A stretch of DNA of 60,487 nt, the filler included, from Diploschistes diacapsis (lineage: Eukaryota): assembly GCA_023645945.1 (NCBI GenBank). It is 9 parts of 9 records of this genome, joined end to end, with 100 filler letters (N's around TTAATTAATTAA, not from the genome) between each part and the next. Parts side by side here need not be neighbours in the genome. Positions count along the whole stretch, not along the records: positions 20,300 to 26,954 come from JALAIB010001365.1; positions 27,055 to 33,677 come from JALAIB010001366.1; positions 33,778 to 40,385 come from JALAIB010001367.1; 6 more parts are not named here. One strand, 5' to 3'. A program made the translations under genes and the position numbers. Below are positions 24,668 through 37,001 of this stretch, in pieces; within the stretch, counting starts at the first letter, position 1; the number at the start of each line of letters is the position of its first letter. The notes beneath the pieces were generated by a model. The model had not been told where the DNA came from and did not search any database. It worked only from the letters and a program-made list of their open reading frames with translations.

Positions 24668-26954
24668 ATGTCTGCAGACATGAAAGTGAAGGCTACCAAT
24701 GAGTCCGTTCTGCACGTTTTTGGGGAGTACCTTCAGACCATCAAGCTGCGCCTGCGCAAGACTTCGAAAGCGACTAGGTTGGCAGCGACATTGCTCCTCC
24801 TCGTCGCTTTCACCGGTAGTGGCATCGCTTTCAAGAGACGGCTTGACAAAGCAGCGCGAGAGAAGGCACAGGGTCGGAAACTTCTCAGGCGGAATTCGGG
24901 TCTGCGAGGAAAAGACGGCGCGAGAATACTGGTGGTTCCGTACAAGAACACCACAGCGAAGGTGCAGATATATGACACAAAGTCTACCACTTTCGATGCC
25001 CACAGACGCTTGTTCCTCGCACCACCAAAGGCCACGGGCTTGAGTGAGGCGCGGACCCCCTCGGGATATGGATCGCCCTCGGCGCAGGCTAAGCCCGGCT
25101 TGAATATCGCGTTCTTGCATCAATATCTTAGCATCATGAGCATCATGATACCGAGGTGGAACAGTAAGGAAGCTGGGCTCTTGATCAGTCAGGGCGCATT
25201 CTTAGCGTTACGGACCTGGTTGTCGCTCGTCGTTGCGAGGCTGGATGGTGAAATTGTGCGGGACTTGGTTGCAGGGCACGGAAAAGCTTTCCTTTGGGGC
25301 ATCGTAAAGTGGTGTGGTATTGGAGGTATGCTTCAGAGTGGTAGAACGTGTGCTGTCCCAATATCTAATGCTTGCGGTAGGCTTTGCCTCCTATACAAAT
25401 GCTGCTATCAAGTTCCTGCAGAGCAAGCTTTCCATTGCCTTCCGTACGCGCTTGACTCGGTACATCCATGATCTCTACATGAACGATAACCTGAACTACT
25501 ACAAGCTCTCCAATCTCGATGGCGGCGTTGGCCAAAGTGCAGATCAGTTCATAACACAAGACCTTACCTTGTTCTGCGACTCGGCTGCGGCACTTTATTC
25601 ATCAATTGGGAAGCCGCTTGTGGATATGTGCGTTTTCAGCTACCAGCTCTTCCACTCTCTAGGTCCTCTGGCTTTGGCAGGGCTGTTCGCCAATTACTTT
25701 TTCACAGCCACCCTATTGAGGAGACTGGCACCTCCCTTTGGCAAGCTGAAAGCTGTAGAAGGTCGGTGCGAAGGCGATTTTCGAAGCCTCCACTCGCGCC
25801 TGATAGTCAATGCGGAAGAGGTAGCCTTTTACGGCGGTGCCGACACAGAGCGGTTTTTCCTCGATCGCAGCTTCAAGGACCTCAGCATCTGGATGGAAGG
25901 TATTTATCGCCTGAAGATTCGCTACAACATGCTGGAAGACTTTGTCCTGAAATACTCCTGGTCTGCGTTCGGCTACCTCATCTCCGCCCTACCCGTCTTC
26001 CTTCCTGCCTGGGGCGGTCTCGGCGGCGCCTCCGAAATCAGCTCTGCCCTCAAATCGTCTGGCCGGGAGCGCAGCCGCATGAAAGATTTCATCACCAACA
26101 AACGCCTAATGCTCTCGCTCGCCGACGCCGGCGGGCGCATTATGTACTCCATCAAAGACCTCTCGGAGCTGGCCGGATACACCTCCAGAATCTACACCCT
26201 CCTTTCGACCCTTCACCGCGTCCACTCAAATGGATACCTCCCACCCCGCGGCACGCATCCCGAGCTCTTTTCCCTATCCGACATCCAAGGCACAGCGCAC
26301 AAAGGCTACGACGGGATCCGCCTCGAGGACGTGCCGCTCGTCGCCCCCGCGCCTTTTCCCCGGCCGGGCGACGAGCTCCTCGACACGCTCTCCTTCACCG
26401 TCCAGCAAGGCGAGCACCTCCTGATCTCTGGCCCCAACGGCGTGGGCAAATCGGCCGTCGCGCGTCTCATCGCCGGGCTATGGCCCGTGTACCGCGGGCT
26501 CGTGTCGCGACCCCGGCGCGTCGGCGCGGACGGGATCATGTTCCTGCCGCAGCGGCCGTACCTGAGCACGGGCACGCTGCGCGACCAGGTCATATACCCG
26601 CACTCGGAGCTCCAGATGCGCGAGGGCGGGCGCTCGGAGCGCGAGCTGCGGCAGGTGCTCGAGGACGCGCGGCTGGGCTACCTGCCGGACCGCGAGGGCG
26701 GCTGGGACGCGCGCAAGGGGTGGAAGGACGTGCTGTCGGGCGGGGAGAAGCAGCGGATGCAGTTCGCGCGGCTGTTCTACCACGAGCCGCGGTACGCGTT
26801 CCTGGACGAGGCGACGAGCGCGGTGAGCCAGGACGTCGAGGGCTTGCTCTACGAGCGGGCGAAGGCGAGGGGCGTGACGCTGCTGACGATCAGCACGAGG
26901 GCGAGCCTGAAGCGGTACCACTCCTTCGTGCTGGAGCTGGGGTCGGGGTCGGAT
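24668..26954 (+). CDS. PXA1: Peroxisomal ABC half-transporter (ABCD, Pxa1-like), one intron at about 25326-25380, 3' end truncated by the contig end
   Basis: RRNSGLRGKDG N-terminal motif, EAA-like motif NAEEVAFYGG, Walker A GPNGVGKS, signature LSGGEKQR, Walker B FLDEATSA. Confidence 0.9.
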
Positions 26955-27635
26955 NNNNNNNNNNNNNNNNNNNNNNNNNNNNNNNNNNNNNNNNNNNNTT
27001 AATTAATTAANNNNNNNNNNNNNNNNNNNNNNNNNNNNNNNNNNNNNNNNNNNNGGGGAGGGGGAAGCGCTTGCTGCTGTTGCTGGATGAATATAGCGGC
27101 ACTTTTGTGGTTCCTCTCCTTAGCTTGGGGGATTGTCGGAATTGGCTCAGGGGCTAGTTATCACGAATTGTACGATGATGGGCTTGGCCGCCAACACGAG
27201 CCTCCTCTCGCGGCGGCTTGAGCTGCAAGTTACTGTAGAGTTTCCGCAAGCAAGCTTTTCATTTACGTTCCCATCGCATATGCGCATCCAAAGGCGCCGG
27301 GCGCCCTTACCCTTGGCTGCTACCTACCTGGTTTCTGTTCATAAATCACCAAGCCTTGGGTATTATCGTGCAGCGCGCCCCGTAGAAGTACATGGTAGAA
27401 GTTGAGAGCATAAACCTTGAAACCCCCGTTTTCATGCGCACCCCGTCTTCATCTCAGCCTTGAATCGCCAGCGCTGGCGAGCTCAGCATTCGTCATGGGT
27501 TGTCTCTTTGGCTCGTTATGCCATCATCCGTCTCGCTTTCGCCAATGCCATAGCGTGTCGCTGTATCACAAGTCCCCAGCCCTTCCGACGGCCATCTTCC
27601 TCTTTCGTCGAGATGCGCGTACTGCTTTGTCTCCT

Positions 27636-30600
27636 CTAAAATGTAGTTCCCGGCGGCAACAGCGCTGGATTGTTTGCAAATAGGTTACTGTTCAACTGCG
27701 TGGGTCCGCCACCTTGCTGATTCTGCCCGCCTTCTGCGGTAGCTTCCATGCCGCCGATTGGAAAATCAAGGCCTTGTGCCCACATGTCGCCGCTGACGGG
27801 TTCGATGTTGGGGTTCTGGATGTATTGGTCCCATGCATTCTGTACGGACATTGGTCAGCCGTGATTTTCGTGTAAAAAAGGTGGGTCGGAGAAGATCGTG
27901 GAACATGGTGGCAAAGTGAAAGAAGGGGTCAAAAAGGGAAAATGAGAAACAAAACGGATAATTGAAGAGAGGTAGAAGGAAGGCTCCATACCCAGTCTAG
28001 ATTCGTCGGCATTTCGCCGCCCATCCCACCAAAGAAGGAGAATGGACTGGGTGCACCTTGCAGACCACCCATGCTACCTCCATCGACTGGAAAATTCGGC
28101 GTCAGCCCCTGCCCAGGCGGTCCCGTGCTCGGAGCGCCGGCACCCGCACTATTCCCATTGCTCTGCGGGGTAAGTGGGTACGGCTCCGGTTTCCATTCCC
28201 CGGATGCGCCGCTGCTCAGCATCCCCAATGTAATGGCCGCCGAATGCTCGGGCTTCTCGTCATCGCCCTGTGGCTGGCCCGAGAACCCATTCGCACCGTT
28301 GGTTTGCTTCGCGCCGGCTGCTGCGTTAGCGGCGTACTGGAATGCGCCCTGCGCCATTCGAGCCGCAGTCTGGGCGCGGATGACTTGGATTTTCTGCAGC
28401 ATGACGCCGACAATGGAGAAAGCCTTGAAAGCCTCCAAGTAACGCTCCTTGAGCCCGTCCCAGATCGCGCGCGCATTCTCGAGGGTAACAAGCATTTCTT
28501 CTTTGCGATCATGGCCCCAGAGTTCGCTGTCTCCGGTCGAGCGTCCCGCTGCTTCGGCTTGTACGCTGTACAGGAGGTCTAGGGCTATAAGAGTTGCTGC
28601 GAGGATGAAGTCGTGGGTCATGATGGAGGCAATGTGAAATTGAGAGCGATGCATTCGCCTACCCGGCTGAGATTCGGCATGGAGCATTGCTTGGTTACGG
28701 AGAAGAGTCATCGACGCGTCGATGCACGTTTGGCGGGAGTGCGCATAGCGGTTATTTTCGCGAGAGCCGGTGAGGAAGCGGCGGTGAAGGACGCAGAGAC
28801 CTTTGTTGTAGAGGAGAGATATATTCATCCGCATTGTCAAGGTAGTGGCGGGATCGAGTTGAGACTCTTCCATTGGCTTCATATGAAGGACTGGCGGGAG
28901 ACTGTGGTAGGCATCTTTGAGCTCATTGTCAAGTTTCATGATCTCGTCGTAGGGAACCGATTGTATGCCCGCCTCTGACTCCGCAATCCGTCCGAAGACG
29001 AATGATATGTCAGCCTTGGCAATCAGATACGATATAGGCGTGAATTCGGTATTTGGCCTTGCGGCAGGTGGCATTTGTGTGTCTTCATCAAAGTCTTCAT
29101 CCTTGAGATTTGACGGTAGATCTGTGTCTGTGTCGCTGGAACGTATCATACTCGGCAACCCAACGGCGTAAGAGAAGAGTATATCAGCTTGACGTATGAA
29201 CGTCCACAATCGCCGCCTCATCTCTCCTTGGAAGAATGTGATATGGGGGAAATTCTACAGTAATGTTAGCTTTGTATCTGTAACGCACGTGCCGTTGCAT
29301 GCCTTTGAGTCTCTATGTAAGCCCATCCTCATCGCTAGGCGAGTGATCATGCCGACAAGCACCTGGAATAGGTCAGCTGTAGACCTCGGGCATTGCACGC
29401 TAAAGCATACCCATAAGCCAATATCGGCCTCGCCGGTCTTAGTGTACTCGCCATGGAGGTGCAGAACCATCGTCTCAAGCGCAGTTTGTTCCGGCTTAGT
29501 GAAATCTACTAGAAGCAGACATTGCTGCGTCAAAGATCGATAGTTGGCAGATAAGCTCACCGCTCTACCTCGGTACTCGTACGGTTCGTCTTGATTCTTG
29601 TGGTATGACTGCATGGCAAGCCCACAGATGGCAAACAACTGACCCAAAATTGCCGGGTTTGTTTCTTCTGGATTCTGCCAGTGTCTGTCATACTCCCTGT
29701 GCCAAGATGGAGGATGTAGGATGTCTGGACAAGTCAGCCCAGCTACCAAAGACGCATTTTTCCACAGCCTTACAGGTCGTCGGATCAAAGTCATTGAAGT
29801 AGCGTTGAACCATCTTATCAACAGCATCTCTTCCGGGAAGAGAGGCGAGAAGCTCAGATATTTGGGGGACATTCTTTCCACCCAATAGGAACGCAGGTCC
29901 AGTGTACTGCATGCCTGCCTGTTTCCTCGAAGCTTCAACTTTTCGTATGGCATCTTCGTATTGTTTCTTGTGATCGCAGAAATAATTCTTCACCTCTGAG
30001 ATCTTTTTCAAGTCAGTATTATTATTCTCCAGATTGAAGCAAAACGCACCTCGTGAAGAATTGAAGCCCAATGCGCATCACCTATATACATGGCCTTATT
30101 GTTGCTGAAGTGTAGCACACCGAATGATTTCGCTACCTTGTCTGTCTCGCTTTCAATGGAGTCATCTTCCATGAAATGTTCATCGGAGCCTTGCGCGGGC
30201 GTGAATTCGGCTTGCGAATTGGATCCTGTGCTCAGAGACATTGTCCGTGTCGCCGAGGAGGGGTCAACAGCTTCACCGCCACTTGTCATTAAAGACAAAA
30301 CAAGTCCTTCCAACCGATCTATCCGATTCTGCATGTCGTCCGGAGCTCCCGATGACGATAATGATGACCGAGCGCTGGTCTTCCTTCGCCCGCCCGGTGC
30401 TGCGTAAGAGCATGCAGCCCCATCTCCTCGCTTGATACAGTTCTCGCACGGCGATGAGCGATTGCACTTCAACCTAGCGGAACCACGTTAGCGTATCCGG
30501 CCTGTACTTTAAGCTCTTTTCACTAACTTGCGATTGCGACACGGCGCGCACGACAGCGGAACTCGATTTCGTTTTCTTACGATTTTGTGTTGGTCGTTGT

Positions 30601-30676
30601 TTGGTCCAGCGGCGACCTGGGTATCGTATGCGTTTGTCGAAGGACTCTGATTGACCGATGGGGGTGAAGGCGCCAT
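27636..30676 (-). CDS. Zn(II)2Cys6 transcription factor with fungal TF middle homology region, 6 introns
   Basis: RKRNRVPLSCAPCRNRK|LKCNRSSPCENCIKRGDGAACSY; coiled coil MQNRIDRLEGLV; RLAMRMGLHRD; EMRRRLW; acidic/aromatic C-terminus NLDW|NAWDQYI. Confidence 0.92.
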
Positions 30677-31243
30677 TAGGGCGAATACTCCGCGGAACAG
30701 CTGTATTGGGTCGGCAGTGGTTGATTTCTTCGAGATTTGACCTTATGGCAGCCTGGTTGAGCTTCCGGGAGAGTAACCCTTATCTGTAATGGCCATAAGC
30801 ATGCAGCGCAGACTCGATGCGACGAAGGAACGGATTAGCGAATGAGATCACGAACCTGTTAGATGGTTCAGCGTGTTCAGCACATAAGACACGGCGGACC
30901 TGGGTATCGCGAGAGAAAGGTAAGCGAAAACTCTTGCGACAGGAGGCAATAAGATCCTGAAGTGAAGAGAACAAGAGGAAGCCTGCAGCAGACAGGCTAT
31001 GGATGGTCGCGATATCTGTTCGGGGTAGATTGAAGAGTGAATCGGAGTTAAGATGTGAAGTAAGAACAGGCTCAGTACGGTATGTGGTATGTATACTGCT
31101 GTATTGTGAAAGCTTGGCTATAAGCCAGCACCGCCACATCTATAAAAACCCACTTTATATTGTGTTGAACAGGGCAGACTACCTCCGTATCAGAGTCCAC
31201 ATTTTAGGAGGCACTGCCACCTGATATTACGTGAATCGATTTC

Positions 31244-33380
31244 ATGCTCTTCAATTCTCAGCTTACACATCTCTTCAATCGAGCTTCCACAGAGGTCCAG
31301 CAGGAGGCGAACGAGGATATTGAAGGTTTTTTTGAACGGAGTATGCGTGCTTACCAGTACCCTCAAAAGTACGGTCACATCGCTCCAGGAGAAGAAAAGA
31401 TATGGCTGCTGGATCTCTTGCCGTTGAAGGACGGAAAGGTTGAAGGCAAATTGCATCCAGTTCCACTGGACTACGCCGAAACATGTTATGCTTTGTCATG
31501 TGTATAGGGTACTCCCGACTTCATCAGGAAATTTTCACCCATGGCAAGTCCTCGTCACTGAGAACCTGGAGCTAGCCCTTTTTGATCTTGCTACAAGACG
31601 AGATGGGAAACCTCTTCGCTTGTGGGTTTGTATATTAACCAAGCTCTGCCTCAAGAAAAGAATTATCAGGTGAGCATGGCTGGGAAGATATGCAAAGAAG
31701 GCACTCGGAACCATGGTGTGGCTCGGCCCAGAGATAGATTTCGTTGCGGAGGGTCTTCGAAGTGTGAAGAGACTTGCCAAGTGTCTTATGGACAACGATC
31801 TTTCCGCAGTAAATATAGGGAAGTTCCCGAGGGATGAAGAAGAGCTCCAGATGGTTCGTGCTGTTATTGGCCCTATTGAATTTGAGTTGAAATCACCTCA
31901 AGGCATTAGGCTCTTATCTATACAAGCGATGCTGAGCCACCCCTGGTGGAGGAGAGTTTGGACAATACAGGAGAGGGCTCCCTTCAAGATGAGGTCACGT
32001 TCTTTTGCGGATCAAACAAGATACTCTGGGAACAGCTCGACTTAGGCATCTGCATCCTCCATTTAAAAATGAAGCTAGCCTCAAAGGCCGATAACCTTCC
32101 GACAATGACGGCAATCATGAATTGTTACTCCGGTATGGGAATGTTCTGTCTTACAGTGCAGAACTTGCAAGGTCGTACACGGGGCAAATTGTCCCTCGAT
32201 AGCGCCCTGAAACCGGCGCGTGACTCCAGTTTCCAGTGAATATATCACCTTGACTACGTTTATGGGCTCATGAGTATGATCATGACGCTGCTTCCAAGGA
32301 AATCATAATCGACTATGGAGCCACTGTTAAGAGAGTCTTCGTTCTAGTTGCAAAGGTCCTCTACTCCCATTATGGACCAAAGATGCTTCGGTTATGCTCC
32401 CTGAGGCCAGCAGATGCTAATAGAGCGAAGCACGATGCCAAAAATCAAGAGAAGGAAGTCCAAATGGCCACCTCGACCCCTTCGGAAGGCAGCTTTCGCG
32501 GTGCCATCGAGCAAGTCCCTGTTTGGAACTTCGAAAGCCGAATTTCCTTGGTGGGTTCCAGTATGGAGCGATGAGGAGCAGGGAATGCACATAGTTCTCG
32601 GAGAGCCCAACCAATATCACGCTTCTTCGGGACCGCCAGGTACCAGCAATCCCTTTCTCCTTCGGAAGCAACGACACGTTGGTTATGTCAGGGGCTATCG
32701 TCGATAAGATAGTTGCTCTAGTACCGCCGATACTAGATTTTCAGTCTCTCAATGACGGGTTGCGAGAGCTTGCACTTCTGACCTCGAAATCAACCATCTA
32801 TAAATCAGAAGACGCACAGAAAGAGGCAATATTACGCACGTCTACCGCAAACAGCATCAGACGCATCTTCTCAGGGATTCGTGATGAGATCCCGCCGGCC
32901 CATCTTCAAGTTCCCGATTCACTCCTCACTCACACACCGGACCCTGTACCCCGCGAGGAAATGACGGTGGAACAGGAAGGACATCACGAATGGGAAGAAC
33001 GGGCATCGCAAACTGATATCCCAGATGATACTAGCGATGATCGAGAGGAGCAAGGCTGGTCTATCACATTCTCCCTGCCATCCCCGCACATGGAGGACGA
33101 ATCCACGATGGCGCTAGCAACAAGCTATCTCGGGTCTGTAGCGAGGATGGGCCGAGCCGTGCGAGTTTTCGTCACGCAAAGGGGCTACCTAGGAATCGGG
33201 TCTTCTTCGGTCGGAGCGGGAGACATCGTCTCCATATTCTCCACGACAGACAGCGATGTCTTATGTTGTCAGGAAGTCCGGCTTTTGTGACCGCTGCCTT
33301 CTCGTCGGCTGGGCCTGCGTCGAGGGCCTGATGGATGGGGCATTCCAGCCGCCACGGCTGAAGAACTTCAAGTTGATATA
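31244..33380 (+). pseudogene. HET-domain (HET-6-like) heterokaryon incompatibility pseudogene
   Basis: HET motifs YALSCV*G (TAG at 31505 where W is expected), NLELAL, LWV/CINQ, EKNYQV, VWLG, HPWWRRVWTIQE, and C-terminal RVFVTQRGYLGIG..GDIV and VEGLMDG, spread over several frames. Confidence 0.85.
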
Positions 33381-34002
33381 ATCTACATGATGCATTAGAT
33401 CCCATGTGGCTTTTCGTGGGCATTTGTGTTAGCCGCGGGGATGAGTTTGTACAATAATAGATCAGATTCAGCAGCATTACAGGATTCCCCAATGTGTCCA
33501 CTCACCTCATACCCCGTCCTTGTTCCCTTCACGTGACAATTAAACACACCCACAAAAGCCCTCCAGAAAACTCCCCCTCAAGTTTCCCCAAGCCCCCCGT
33601 TGTACTTCTGCCCCATCATGGGGGGGATAACCAAGCCTGTGGCTTGTGCTCCCTTCACAACTACCTAGTTTTACATGNNNNNNNNNNNNNNNNNNNNNNN
33701 NNNNNNNNNNNNNNNNNNNNNTTAATTAATTAANNNNNNNNNNNNNNNNNNNNNNNNNNNNNNNNNNNNNNNNNNNNGGATGGACATGGATGGTCGGAGC
33801 GGTGATTCTGGGCTTGGCGGCCGGGTCTTCAGCTGGCGGGTGTCCCCTCCGGAGCGCTTCAAAGGGGGGGCATGTGGTTTTACCATACGTACTGGAATGC
33901 AAGGGAAAGAGACAGCAGATGACAGCATCTGGGAATGGTAGTGGGAGAATATTGCGTTGATTTTACATTGAGACCTGTACCAGTTGTGGGAAAGGTAATC
34001 TA

Positions 34003-35400
34003 TCAATCGCCTTTTGGTGGACCCCAGACGGAGGCTCTGAATAAATTACCGTGCAACATCCCCCCCATCTCTAAATGCGGCCACCCAGAAGATGGGCCCA
34101 TGTTCCACGCGCGACTTTCTTGGCATTTAATCTTGATTAGGCAATCACCCGTTTTCGTCATGACGTCCGTCCACCCCACACATCCCTTCCCTTCACTACA
34201 ATGGCACCCAATAGGAAACAGGCACCTTGTGTAAACAAAACCGCTCTTGCCAAGCCTCTTACCTACAGGGATTATGAGAAAGCCATGTGTGCAGCAAGCC
34301 CGGATGGAATCCAAGGGAGCCAGCTCACTGTTGCTGCGCCTCCTGAAGCGCGCGGGATCTGCTGGTCTGGTCGGTATGTAGATGGAGACCAAGGAGTTGA
34401 TCGTGTGCAGTAAGATCCTATGAAAAGGAGGATGTAACAAGTCCTTGGTAAGAACTCGTACTTTGAACATGAGAGGGGGGGAGGGCATGCTGAATGTTCT
34501 GGACTGGACTGGACTAAGTAAGAGTGAAACAATGGTGCCTGGCATCTGGGCTGGGGTGTTGAAGTCGACGGAGGCCGGCTTGCGTTTGTTGCTTACGGGC
34601 GGAGATATTGGAGATGGATGTAGGGCGTCGGTTGGCACGGTCCAGGTATAGCCCAAGTCTTGTGTGGTTCTGTCAGATCGATCTTGAATGCGGGAAGAGG
34701 GTCAGCCTTCAGCTGAATAAGACCGGCCCCAACCTGTGAGGAATGCGGCAGGAGTCGTTGAAAGATCTTCCTCCGTGAACTGTTCCGGGAACAGTTGCGG
34801 AATCTCGTTTGCAGTGGAACGACCCTGCAGCCCATGGAGATCAGTCCACTGGAGTAAGGGCAGGTCGCCATTCGAGTTTAGCACAGAGATCTTTTCGGAT
34901 AGTATTTGCAAGAAGTCTGCATCCCCTTCCGGGTCGGCTAAGGGAAGCTGAGTATCACGCTCAGCATGGCGTTCGTACAATACTAGGTTAGGACCTGTGA
35001 CATTAGGAAGCATCTGTGGATTTTGATCTGTGATCTCCGGCTCTCTCTCCAATCCTTTCACCGCCAGCCGTTCATTCGTTCCGAAGGTAGGAAGGCGGAA
35101 TGGCACATGCTCATCCGAGGAGAATCCCGGAAGGTCGCCACGCCCTCTCTTCTTGCGCATCACAGTTTCCAAGTCCTCGGCTTTCTTGTATGTAGACCAC
35201 CGCCACTCTTTGATCTTTATCTTGAAAGCACGGGTACTTGTAAGGGTTAGTGCAGCTACATAGCCAGCAAAGTAGGTAACCCACCTGGCTTCGAAATTGC
35301 AATCGATCTTTAGCTTAGACTTCACACTCTCAAGAGGCATTTTATCAACGCAGTATAGTTGATACATGGTATCTTTTATACTGTTCCAGTCCTTCACCAT
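34003..35400 (-). CDS. Clr5-domain protein; introns 35237-35284 and 34683-34733; 3' exon structure uncertain
   Basis: MVKDWNSIKDTMYQLYCVDKMPLESVK..L...NFEAS|TRAFKIKIKEW is the Clr5 pattern. A second intron (GTTGGG..GCTGAC..AAG) links in frame to ORF 34003-34656. Confidence 0.7.
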
Positions 35401-35922
35401 GGCAGTGGATGACTCTCACTGAGCCCGTTGGCCTTACTTAAGAATTGGAAGGGTAAGAGGGTTTGCGTCACAACGGTGTTGCAGCGCAACGTCCACGAGA
35501 TGGATAAGGGGGAACTAACCAAATCACGGGCAGTAGATAGGGCAATGAGACCAGCAGCTTGGACATAAGAAGCGGATCATCGAGAGACTCTGCTGGACGC
35601 ATAGAGCGGTGGAGCGCAGTGCAAAGGTGGGATGGAGAAGAATTTGGAAAAGAGACGGATCCCAACTTGAGAGAGACATGATGATAATATTTATAGAAGG
35701 AATTCACGAAGCATAACGACAAAAAAAGGATATATAACCAAAAACAGTAAGTCATAAGATTCAGCTATTTATGAGGGGCAAAACTTGCACACCCACTTAC
35801 ACTCACACTCACACTCACTGTAACCGTGAATGAACCCTCACATGTAACCTTGGAGGTAAATGAAGTGTTAGTGCTGATTAGTGTGGCAAGGAGGATGCTA
35901 GCCGGACCTAGCGTTGGAGGAC

Positions 35923-35976
35923 GGCGAAAGGTATTATTCTACTCATCTTGGCGGAAGGTATTATTCTACTCATCTT
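35923..35976. repeat. 27-nt tandem duplication (2 copies, 1 mismatch)
   Basis: GGCGAAAGGTATTATTCTACTCATCTT followed by GGCGGAAGGTATTATTCTACTCATCTT. Confidence 0.9.
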
Positions 35977-36277
35977 GGTCTGATATGCGTTTTGGTAACC
36001 ATATAAAAATGCACTTTGATCGGAAATTGTGCATCAGGGCCATCCTCTACTACGTGGGCTGGAGCGTTAGAAACCATGTTAGGCAAATGCAAAAGTAAAA
36101 GTGCACATATTGCCTTCACGCTCCATCAGCATGTAAAGACTTCGTGGTCTATAAAGCTTGGAAGCCTCGAGTGTGAACAGCTGCTTATCTGCCCAACGCT
36201 GCTTGCATTTCAACTATCGACCAACTTCAGCACACACTTCCTGTATCCCTTTGCCTGTGCTTGCTTCCTTGGCTATC

Positions 36278-36824
36278 ATGGATCCATTCCAGAATCTCCC
36301 TGCCCATAGCGCTGCGAATCATATAGAGGGTTCTACCTGTTGCTGTTGCTGTTGCCGTTGCAGTTGCTGTCGCTATGGTGAAGCAAGGTAGGCTTTGTTT
36401 TGTCTCTCCCTATCTCCATCTATCCCCAACGGGAAACGGTCCTGACATCCACCATCTTAGACGTCAGAACGGCCCTCATTGCCCCTCCGGCTTCCTTTTG
36501 GATGAGGGCTTTCAGGCCACAGCCTCCTCGTCCGGTGGAAGCAAATCGACGCCCTTCTCAGAGACAAACCTTAGGGCTCACAATGAGATGCACGCCAAAG
36601 ATCCTGCGTTATTCCAATATGAAGCCGTTGCCCAGGTGGCTGGTACGGCAGCAGCGGCAAGAAGCTTGGGCATCCATCATGACCTGATCGAGAGAGAAGC
36701 CCGGGGCCGCGCCTCTGCTTCCCAACCCATGGAAAGATACCTTAGACACAAGGAGCGTCCTATCGGACAAGTGACGGTCAACGATGATAAGTCGTCTAAG
36801 AAGAGCAACAACCGTCGCACTTAG
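36278..36824 (+). CDS. Small two-exon hypothetical protein (157 aa) with an N-terminal poly-cysteine tract; intron 36388-36460
   Basis: TATAAA at about 36150; atcATG start; donor GTAGGC, branch CTGAC, acceptor TAG. Splicing joins MDPFQ...TCCCCCCRCSCCRYGEAR in frame to RQNGPHC...NNRRT*. Confidence 0.6.
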
Positions 36825-37001
36825 CCGAGCAACAGGCCTACCTTACGAGGTACGGGCCAAAGGTATATGGTTGGTGAAGTGCATTTCGATATATGGGAGT
36901 TTTAGATGGTTGATCGTAAGAGGGGCGGCCAAATCTGGGCTCTCCGCTTCCCTGCTAGATGAACCATCACGTGGTCAACAAATTTAGTATGCGATTAGGA
37001 A

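Noticed and set aside
25628..27010. Long alternative-frame and antisense ORFs over PXA1, the NRPS-like gene, SNX3 and the CipA-like gene
   Set aside because: Shadow ORFs expected from very high GC3 in the real genes.
31505..31507. HET TAG rescued to TGG by A-to-I editing
   Set aside because: Additional frameshifts disable the gene regardless of editing.
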